Shown: piece by piece, positions 56,712 through 64,000 of the stretch | Numbering within the stretch: the first letter of the stretch is position 1 | How the letters are laid out: each line of letters starts with the position of its first letter | Assembly (NCBI GenBank): GCA_002476605.1 | Contig: DLLD01000016.1 | Location: 99,225 to 163,224 of the forward strand | Source of the DNA: Christensenella sp. UBA7571 | GTDB taxonomy: Bacteria; Bacillota; Clostridia; Christensenellales; CAG-917 | Direction: 5' to 3' | DNA length: 64,000 bases | Translations under genes and position numbers: made by a program | The notes under the pieces: generated by a model | Seen by the model: only the letters and a program-made list of their open reading frames with translations | What the model was told of the DNA's origin: nothing | Database searches by the model: none

Positions 56712-58145
56712 TTATTCTTCCGCCTCGACTGCGTCTTCGAGCACTTCTTCTATTGGCGTTTCAAGAACTTCTTCTATTTGCGTTTCTTCTTCGGTTAGAC
56801 GTTCGTAAACGTCTTCGGGAAGAGGCTTTTTCCACTTGGTCGTGAAATAGAAGACAACGGATACTATCATACCCACGCCCCAGCCGATAGGCCAAGACCA
56901 CCAAATTCCGTTAGTGCCGAGAGGCTTGCTGAGGAGAAGCGCAAGCACCACGCGGAGTATCAAATCGGTGAACGTCGTTATCATAAACTTGATCATCTTT
57001 CCGCCACCGCGTAATACGCCGTCGCACACGATCTTTATCGCAACGATAAAGTAGAACGGGGAGATAATGCGCAAGAATTGCATACCCACGTCAAGCGCGC
57101 CCGACGTTGAATCCTTCATAAACAACATAAGCAGATATTGTCCGCCGAATACGTACAAAAGCACGATAGGCAAGCACAGTGCCCATACGAATACGAGACC
57201 TGCGATAAATCCCGGCTTGATACGCTCGGTTTTACCCGCGCCGAGGTTTTGGCTGGTGTAGTTGGATATTCCGTTTGCGAACGTCAAGAAGGACGTCGTA
57301 ACCAAGTTGTTGAGTTTTACGCTTGCGGAGTAGCCCGCCATAACCACTTGTCCGAATGAGTTGACGACGCTTTGAATGACGATGTTGCCAACGGAGATGA
57401 AGCTTTGTTGGAGTATGCTCGGGATTGCGATTACGGAGATGTCTCCGAGCACTTTCCACGAGAAAACTTTGGGCTTGGCGTCCGCTTTGATTTTGCGGAG
57501 TTGCAAGAGTACGAAGATTACGGACAATACGCAACTTACGCCTTGGCAAAGGAAGGTTGCCCAAGCAACGCCCGCCACGCCCATTTTGAAGGATACGACG
57601 AACCAAATATCCACGCCGATGTTGGCAAGTGAGGATATCGCAAGGAATATGAAGGGCGTTCTGCTATCGCCGAGCGCGGCAAATATACCTGTCGAGATGT
57701 TGTAGAAGAACACGAACGGCAAACCCCACACGTATATGTCGAGGTACAATTGTGAGTCCGCCATAAGATGATCGGGGGTGTTGATGAGTTTGAGAAGTTG
57801 CGTGGAGCAAGTGAGACCTATCACCATCAATATTGCGCAAAGCACCGCACCCGAAATCCACGTGGTATATACCGCGGTTTTGAGGTCGGCGTACTTTTTT
57901 GCACCGAAATATCTCGATACTATGACGGAACAACCTATGTTGCATCCGAATGCGAAAGCAATGAAAATCAGCGTGATCTCGTAGCTGTTTCCCACGGACG
58001 CAAGAGCAGCGTCTCCTATGAATTTGCCGGCTACGAAACTGTCGGCAAGGTTGTAGAGTTGTTGGAAAATAATACTTCCGAATAGAGGAAGGCAAAATTT
58101 GAATATAACGCTTGCAGGCTTTCCTACTGTTAAATCTTTTTGCAT
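56712..58145 (-). CDS. MATE family efflux transporter
   Basis: About 12 TM helices, N-terminus KFCLPLFGSIIFQQLYNLADSFVAGKFIG typical of MATE/NorM. Acidic C-terminal tail. Confidence 0.88.
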   Translation of the reverse strand: MQKDLTVGKPASVIFKFCLPLFGSIIFQQLYNLADSFVAGKFIGDAALASVGNSYEITLIFIAFAFGCNIGCSVIVSRYFGAKKYADLKTAVYTTWISGAVLCAILMVIGLTCSTQLLKLINTPDHLMADSQLYLDIYVWGLPFVFFYNISTGIFAALGDSRTPFIFLAISSLANIGVDIWFVVSFKMGVAGVAWATFLCQGVSCVLSVIFVLLQLRKIKADAKPKVFSWKVLGDISVIAIPSILQQSFISVGNIVIQSVVNSFGQVVMAGYSASVKLNNLVTTSFLTFANGISNYTSQNLGAGKTERIKPGFIAGLVFVWALCLPIVLLYVFGGQYLLMLFMKDSTSGALDVGMQFLRIISPFYFIVAIKIVCDGVLRGGGKMIKFMITTFTDLILRVVLALLLSKPLGTNGIWWSWPIGWGVGMIVSVVFYFTTKWKKPLPEDVYERLTEEETQIEEVLETPIEEVLEDAVEAEE

Positions 58146-58300
58146 AATATGCCTCTAATATTTTTTACGCCCGTATTGTAGTCTTGTGCGCGTGCAATGT
58201 CAAATATTATATGAAAATTGCAATCAACGCGTGCGCGAATTTGTGAGATATTTGCATATTTTCGGCATATTGTGCGGGAATGTGTATCGAGACCACGCCG

Positions 58301-59011
58301 TTATTTGCCTTGAAATATTCTTTGAATATTTTCTTTTTCGTCGTCGGTCATAGTTATGGCGTTAATCTCATCGATAAATGCGTCGGTCAACGCAGTCAAT
58401 TCTTTGCTAAAAGTGCTTTCTGTTTTGAGGTCGGTTATGGTTTTATCTATGTAGATACGCTTGTAACCGTCAATTCCGCATTTTCTTATCAAAAAGGACG
58501 TAAACGCACCCGCTATCGGATAAGTTACGGCACAATCGCAATTGTAAAACTCTTGACTATTCAACAAATCAAGCGGGTTGACGAAAATATTTTCGTCAAT
58601 AAAATATTTGCACCATAATTCGTTTTTGACTTGCCACCAGCATTTGTCAAAATGCATAGCCAGACCTTCACTCAAAAAGTCGGAATCGGATATTCCAAAC
58701 TTTTCGGATATCAAGTGAGCGTCTTCGTGCGCTCCGACACATTTTATCTCTTCGCTGTAGACCGCGTAAACGCTGTTACTTGCAAAGCACGCCAAACCGT
58801 TGACGGGGTAGTCGTATCCCGTCATTTGCGCAACTTCTTCGGGAGTGTTGACCAAATAATAGTTTATAATCTCGTCGAACGTTACACCCAACGTCGTCGT
58901 AATATCGGAATATGCCTTTTCTTGCGTTTTTGCAATAGTATCGATATCTCGCTCGGCAATGCCGTTGTTTACGCAATGAAAAACGTAGTGTTTGGTTTTA
59001 TAATCCGTCAT
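58301..59011 (-). CDS. hypothetical protein with an HExxH...EGLA motif (peptidase MA-like)
   Basis: GAHEDAHLISEKFG...LSEGLAMHF resembles zincin HExxH plus a downstream Glu. Confidence 0.4.
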   Translation of the reverse strand: MTDYKTKHYVFHCVNNGIAERDIDTIAKTQEKAYSDITTTLGVTFDEIINYYLVNTPEEVAQMTGYDYPVNGLACFASNSVYAVYSEEIKCVGAHEDAHLISEKFGISDSDFLSEGLAMHFDKCWWQVKNELWCKYFIDENIFVNPLDLLNSQEFYNCDCAVTYPIAGAFTSFLIRKCGIDGYKRIYIDKTITDLKTESTFSKELTALTDAFIDEINAITMTDDEKENIQRIFQGK

Positions 59012-59300
59012 AAATATCTCTCTTCGCCTGTTTACGGTGATTAAATCGGTATTTTTACTGCAAATAGTGTAACATCGTTTTCGTTACTTGTAAACGCTTG
59101 AAAAACTAAACGTAACTAATGAAAAACGAATGGCAAACGCGAATATATTGTTTTTTTGAGTCAAAACACGGTATTTTTATGCCCATAAAACGACAATTTT
59201 CGCATAAAAGGGTCAAAAGTGTTGAAAATTGCGCGGACGGTGGTATAATTATCGAGAAATATATCAGTAATAAAACTAACGAAAGAAGAGTATTGTGCCA

Positions 59301-60695
59301 ATGATAAGCCATAACGGATATGCATTTGGAAAAACTGTAAAACGTATATTTTTAATTCTCGCTATAACTTGCTTGTCGATTACGACTGTTTGCTTGCTCT
59401 GCGCGTGCGATTCAGACGACGTAAATAACTTATTTCAGCCGTCCGCTTTTATAACTTTTGTCCTAAATAACGGTGAAGACGATATAATTTGGCAATACGG
59501 TGACGCCGTGCCGACGCCCGTGAAGGACGGATTTGAATTTTTATATTGGTGCACCGATATCGAGTGCGAAAACAAAGCCGAAATAAATTTTGACGAAACC
59601 CCTAAAACGGATATAACTTTGTATGCCAAGTGGAAAGAATTGCTTGACATCGAAGACGTCGTATTTGAAAATACGAGCGTCGTTTACGACGGAAATAAGC
59701 ATTCTATCGCAGTCAATTTGCCGAGCGGTGCGTCCGTTGAGTACGTGGGTGATCACGAATTTATAAATGCGGGCACTTATACGGTGAACGCAATCATTTC
59801 AAAAGACGGTTATAAAGATTTGAAAAAGAGCGCAACGCTCACCATTGAAAAAGCAAAGATTGAAAACGTTGAATTTGAAGGCGCGACTATCGTTTGGGAC
59901 GGCGACAAACACAGTATTTTCGTAAGTTCGGAACTTCCCGAAGAAATAAAAGTTACGTATACGGGCAACGGCGTCAGCGAAGTGGGTGAACATTTGATCG
60001 TTGCACACTTTGACGTCGGCGCAAACTATGAGAATATTGCCGAAGTCAGCGCGATTTTGAAGATTGAACCACTTATGCACACCGTTATTTTTGATTACGG
60101 TGACCGCACAGAAACAATTAGAGTCGAACACGGTAAAAGCGTGGAAAATCCGCCGACTCCCACCGCAAGAACGGGTTATATCGCGACGTGGGATAAGAGC
60201 CTTGAAAACGTTATTTCGGATATGACTGTTTCTATAAAATACACGCTTGAAACGTACGATATCGTTTATAATTGCGATTGCGACAAGATCGGTTGGACGT
60301 TGACGTACGATATCGAGACGGAAGTGATTTTGCCTACCGTTACGAGAGATTATTACGTCTTTGACGGTTGGTATACCGCCGACGGAAAGAAAGTGGAAAA
60401 GATTGAAAGAGGCAGCGTCGGTGACGTCGTGCTGTATGCGTCGTGGACGCCTATCGAATACGAAATCGTTTTCCACGGTGCGGGTGAGGAGTATATTAAC
60501 GATATGCACAATACGGATAATAACACTTTTACCGTAGAAAGCGAGACGTTCATTTTGTACGGCGCAACGAGACACGGTTACGTTTTTGCGGGTTGGTACG
60601 ATAATCCCGAATGTGTCGGTGCCCCGATAACCGCACGCGAAAAGGGCACGCACGGAGACTTGCACCTTTACGCAAAATGGGTGGAAGAGACTTGA
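59301..60695 (+). CDS. lipoprotein with Listeria-Bacteroides (InlB B-type) repeats
   Basis: Lipobox LLCAC. Repeated GxxFxGWY motifs (FEFLYWCTD, YVFDGWYTADGKKV, YVFAGWYDNPEC). Confidence 0.7.
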   Translation: MISHNGYAFGKTVKRIFLILAITCLSITTVCLLCACDSDDVNNLFQPSAFITFVLNNGEDDIIWQYGDAVPTPVKDGFEFLYWCTDIECENKAEINFDETPKTDITLYAKWKELLDIEDVVFENTSVVYDGNKHSIAVNLPSGASVEYVGDHEFINAGTYTVNAIISKDGYKDLKKSATLTIEKAKIENVEFEGATIVWDGDKHSIFVSSELPEEIKVTYTGNGVSEVGEHLIVAHFDVGANYENIAEVSAILKIEPLMHTVIFDYGDRTETIRVEHGKSVENPPTPTARTGYIATWDKSLENVISDMTVSIKYTLETYDIVYNCDCDKIGWTLTYDIETEVILPTVTRDYYVFDGWYTADGKKVEKIERGSVGDVVLYASWTPIEYEIVFHGAGEEYINDMHNTDNNTFTVESETFILYGATRHGYVFAGWYDNPECVGAPITAREKGTHGDLHLYAKWVEET

Positions 60696-60834
60696 TTTGT
60701 GGTTTATAAAATTAGTAAATAATTAGTCGATAATTTAATCAATGATATTATTAAGAATGAGAAAATGTCGTTGCATCGCGTTGGCGGTGCAACTTTTTTG
60801 TATTACAAAACCACCGGATAGTCCGGTGGTTCAG

Positions 60835-60985
60835 TAGAGCTTTAGCGGTGAACAAAAAATTCCTCCTGTGCTAGAATGTGTATGTAGTCCGCAAAACTAA
60901 CACACATAAAGCAAGGAGGAATGTCAAATGAATGACACAAATAGTTTATCACACACGACTTGGAATTGCAAATATCACACTATAC
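60835..60985 (+). pseudogene. IS200/IS605-family left end with tnpA truncated after ~17 codons
   Basis: The ATG at 60928 encodes MNDTNSLSHTTWNCKYH (compare IS200 TnpA ..SLAHTRWNCKYHIVF), then homology is lost. Upstream, TTCCTCCTG can pair with CAAGGAGGAA, an RBS-sequestering hairpin as described for IS200. Confidence 0.6.
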
Positions 60986-61157
60986 GTTTTTACAAAGTAA
61001 AAAGGTTGCGTTTGGGCCTGAAAATCGCGACGAAAAATCGACTAAATTCGACGATATCGCAAGGGTGCATATTGACAAACGTATAAAATATACTCTATAA
61101 TGATTTATAAGGAAGACGTTCTACGAAAAGTAAGAACGCATTAGAAGGAGGAACAAA

Positions 61158-62636
61158 ATGATAGCATTGACTTTGGCGTCAGACGCTGCGTGGATTGCAC
61201 CGGTTGCGGTAATCGGCGCGTTGATAGTCGTGACGGCTTTGGTTTTCTTTATCGGCGGATATATGAAAGCTCCGCCGGACACTGCCTTTATTATTTCGGG
61301 CAGAGGCAAACGTCGTATTCTTATAGGAAAAGCGGGTTGGCGTATTCTATTCTTCGAGCGTGTGGATAAGCTCTCCTTGCAAGTTATGCAAGTGGACGTA
61401 AAAACGAGCGAAGCAGTGCCCACCAACGAATTTATCAACGTCAACGTAGACGGCGTCGCAAACATCAAGATCTCGTCCGATCCCGTGCTTCTCGACCGTG
61501 CGGCAGAGGCTCTTCTCGGTATGGATCAAGAGGAACTCGTAAGCCTCGTAACGCAAGTTCTCGAAGGCAATATGCGTGAAATCGTGGGTTCTGTCGGGCT
61601 CAAAGAGATGGTGCAAGACCGTCAAGGCGTCGCGAAGAAAATCACCGAAAACGTCGTCCCCGATATGGAAAAACTCGGTATCGAAGTGGTCAACTTTAAT
61701 ATCCAAAACTTCAAGGACAACGCGGGCACGATTGAAAATATGGGTATCGACAACGTCGAACAGATCCGTAAGAACGCGCAAATCGCAAAAGCGAACGCAC
61801 AACGCGACATCGCAATCGCAACCTCTCACGCAGAGGAAGAGGCAAACGCCGTAAAGGTTGAGACTCAAAAGAAGATTGCGGAGCAAAATGCGGAACTCGC
61901 GGTGCAAAAAGCGGAGATGCAAATCAAAGCGGACAACAAGCGTGCGGAAGCGGACGCCGCGTACTCAATACAACAAGAGACGCAACGCAAGACCATAGAA
62001 ATCACCGCCGCAAACGCAAACATTGCAAGAAAAGAGAAAGAAGCGGAGATTGCGGAGCGCGAGATTTCCATCAAGGAAAAACAACTCGACGCTGAAATCA
62101 GAAAGCAAGCGGACGCAATGCTTTACAAGACGGAAAAAGAAGCCGAAGCGGAACTTATCCGTCGTCAAAAGATTGCGGAAGCGCAAAAGTTCGAGCAAAT
62201 CAAAGCCGCGGAAGCCAAGAAGTACGAAGCTTTGCAAGAGGCGGAAGCAAGAAAGGCGGCTGCCGACGCAGAGCGTTACGCAATGGAACAAGAGGCTGCG
62301 GGTATCAAAGCCAAGGGTGAAGCGGAAGCAAACGCAATCGACAAGAAAGCTCTTGCGCAAAAGAAGATGGGCGACGCGTCCGTCATCGAGATGTACTTGC
62401 AAGCGTTGCCCGAAGTGGTCAAAAACGCCGCAATGCCCCTCACGCAAACGGACAAGATCGTTATGTACGGAGACGGCAATTCCACCAAACTCATCAAAGA
62501 CGTTATGCAAGGTGCAAACCAAGTTATCGACGGTATGAAAGAGTCCACGGGTATTGACCTCGGCGCACTTTTGGCGGGCGCAATCGCGGGAAAAGCGGCG
62601 GCAGCTCCCAAAGCAACCGACGATAAAGCGGAATAA
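61158..62636 (+). CDS. flotillin-like SPFH/band-7 domain protein
   Basis: N-terminal TM helix, SPFH domain, and a long Ala/Glu/Lys-rich coiled-coil (AEAE repeats) typical of FloT/YuaG-like flotillins. AGGAGGA RBS. Confidence 0.85.
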   Translation: MIALTLASDAAWIAPVAVIGALIVVTALVFFIGGYMKAPPDTAFIISGRGKRRILIGKAGWRILFFERVDKLSLQVMQVDVKTSEAVPTNEFINVNVDGVANIKISSDPVLLDRAAEALLGMDQEELVSLVTQVLEGNMREIVGSVGLKEMVQDRQGVAKKITENVVPDMEKLGIEVVNFNIQNFKDNAGTIENMGIDNVEQIRKNAQIAKANAQRDIAIATSHAEEEANAVKVETQKKIAEQNAELAVQKAEMQIKADNKRAEADAAYSIQQETQRKTIEITAANANIARKEKEAEIAEREISIKEKQLDAEIRKQADAMLYKTEKEAEAELIRRQKIAEAQKFEQIKAAEAKKYEALQEAEARKAAADAERYAMEQEAAGIKAKGEAEANAIDKKALAQKKMGDASVIEMYLQALPEVVKNAAMPLTQTDKIVMYGDGNSTKLIKDVMQGANQVIDGMKESTGIDLGALLAGAIAGKAAAAPKATDDKAE

Positions 62637-62656
62637 CCTAAAAGCGTAAATCGCAA

Positions 62657-62687
62657 TAAAAGCCTTGACTTCGGTCGGGGCTTTTTA
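62657..62687 (+). terminator. rho-independent terminator of the flotillin gene
   Basis: AAAGCCTTGAC-TTCG-GTCGGGGCTTT followed by TT. Confidence 0.5.
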
Positions 62688-62901
62688 TTGTATAAAAAAC
62701 GTGAAAAATATTTCAGTTAGTTATTGCTAACTGTTTGACTTTTCGCGCCATAGTTTTATAATATGGGTGGAAAAAGGAGCGGCTTGACGTCAAAGGGCGC
62801 AAAAGCAATCGACGATATAAAACGAAAAATAACGATTGCGTTATGAAGCGCAAAGACGCAACGGTTTCGGACGAAAAACGCAACGCCATAACGAGGTGAG
62901 T

Positions 62902-63603
62902 ATGAAAAACGAAGATTTGGTTTTTGACAGAAACTGCCACGTACTGTATTCAAAGCAGTGCGAGAAGGCAATCAAGAAGAGAATCTCGCTTCATTACCCC
63001 GAGGAAGAGCGAGAAAACGTCTGGACAAAGGTGCAACTCAAATACGTCGAGTATCTCAAAGATTGGCGTACGGACTTGGGCGGAAAGCGCAACTTCCACA
63101 ACGGTGCGGGCGGAACGTACGATTGCATTGCGATTATGACCTACTACGCGGTGTGCAAGGACGTTGCAACCTTTGAAGAGATTGAGCAAATGGAAGAAGA
63201 ATTGGTTTTGCCGTCTTTCAAAAAACTCAAATTCGTCAACTGCAATAAGCCGTTTTGGAAAAAACTTATGTACAAGGCGTTTACTTCCGCAAAGTCGCAA
63301 TGCGACAAGTGGCACGACTACGAGATGAACGTAGCTCCTTACGAAGAGGGCAAGCCCATATATTACGAGTTTACGGCGTGTCCCGCGGCGCAGTTTGCAA
63401 AGCAATTCGGATTTGAAGAGGTTATGCCCGCGCTTTGCAACGTCGATTACAAGTCAATGGAACTTATCCGTGCAAAACTTATAAGAAAAGGCACGGTTGT
63501 AGACGGGGACAGATGCGACTACACGATATGTGGAGACAAGGACGAGTACGTGAGCGAACATCCCGAAATAAGGGACGAAAATGGATTTAGAAGAAATAAA
63601 TAA
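62902..63603 (+). CDS. L-2-amino-thiazoline-4-carboxylic acid hydrolase-like protein
   Basis: 233 aa. YEFTACPAAQFAKQFGFEEVMPALCNVDYKSMELIRAKLIR...CDY resembles the ATC-hydrolase family C-terminus. GAGGTGAG RBS. Confidence 0.5.
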   Translation: MKNEDLVFDRNCHVLYSKQCEKAIKKRISLHYPEEERENVWTKVQLKYVEYLKDWRTDLGGKRNFHNGAGGTYDCIAIMTYYAVCKDVATFEEIEQMEEELVLPSFKKLKFVNCNKPFWKKLMYKAFTSAKSQCDKWHDYEMNVAPYEEGKPIYYEFTACPAAQFAKQFGFEEVMPALCNVDYKSMELIRAKLIRKGTVVDGDRCDYTICGDKDEYVSEHPEIRDENGFRRNK

Positions 63604-63618
63604 CGAGGAAATATAAAA

Positions 63619-64000
63619 ATGAAATACCATATTGAAAAGAATACGGTACAAGAGACGCTGGTCATTCCGCTTTACGGAAGAAAGGTGTGCACGGAGATTT
63701 TTCCCACCTTGTATCGTGACGACACGGCAAAAAAAATTATCGACCAAATAGACTACGATTTTTCGGGTTTGGAAAAGCAAGCCAAGAGTGCGATGTATCG
63801 CTTTGGATTTTTGGAAGTCGCGATGAGACAAAACGACCTTGCGCAAGAGATACGCGAGTATCTCGAAATTCACCCCAAGGCGGCGGTGGTCAATCTCGGC
63901 TGCGGTCTTGACGCCACGGGCAGAGTGTGTGACAACGGTCAATGCAAGATATACAATCTCGACTTTGCAAACGTCATTGAAGTGCGCAACAGCCTTTTGC
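63619..64000 (+). CDS. class I SAM-dependent methyltransferase (TcmP/LCM-like), 3'-truncated by the window end
   Basis: The ORF runs off the window end and is absent from the track. TLVIPLYGRK...VVNLGCGLDA is typical of the O-methyltransferase/Leu carboxyl methyltransferase family. Confidence 0.5.
   Translation, partial: MKYHIEKNTVQETLVIPLYGRKVCTEIFPTLYRDDTAKKIIDQIDYDFSGLEKQAKSAMYRFGFLEVAMRQNDLAQEIREYLEIHPKAAVVNLGCGLDATGRVCDNGQCKIYNLDFANVIEVRNSLL

Overview
Chromosomal window from a spore-forming Firmicutes/Clostridia-like bacterium. The lineage call rests on SpoIVA, a YtxC-like gene, DUF512-der synteny, a trimeric HydABC [FeFe] hydrogenase and strong GGAGG-type RBSs. Most of the window is ordinary housekeeping and metabolism. 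This includes a GH3 beta-glucosidase, serC-serA, RNase J, Der, gldA plus dihydroxyacetone kinase, nadE and HydABC. It also includes GH16 and esterase lipoproteins, a lysine-riboswitch-controlled amino-acid ABC transporter, rpsU, pepP, an M20 peptidase, a MATE pump and flotillin. Two things stand out. (1) A visibly AT-richer island of about 11.8 kb (about 36.17-47.94 kb) sits at the 3' end of tRNA-Val(CAC). It is bracketed by a 21-bp perfect (about 90-bp imperfect) direct repeat of the tRNA 3' end plus its terminator. The island carries a large serine recombinase and a membrane-anchored PIN-like protein. It also carries a controller-protein-regulated operon encoding a T5orf172/GIY-YIG-SF2 helicase fusion, a complete N6-adenine methyltransferase and a motif-IV-degenerate methyltransferase paralog. 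This operon does not fit canonical Type I/II/III/ISP restriction-modification (R-M) layouts and is my best candidate for an undescribed defence system. The operon cassette is itself bracketed by 39-bp perfect direct repeats. (2) A modular family of 300-400 nt intergenic repeats occurs in four co-oriented copies plus fragments. The copies lie downstream of nadE, as a tandem pair upstream of hydCBA, and downstream of hydA. Hairpins at homologous positions covary, suggesting a structured RNA or MITE-like element of unknown function. All functional calls come from motif recognition by eye; no database search was run.
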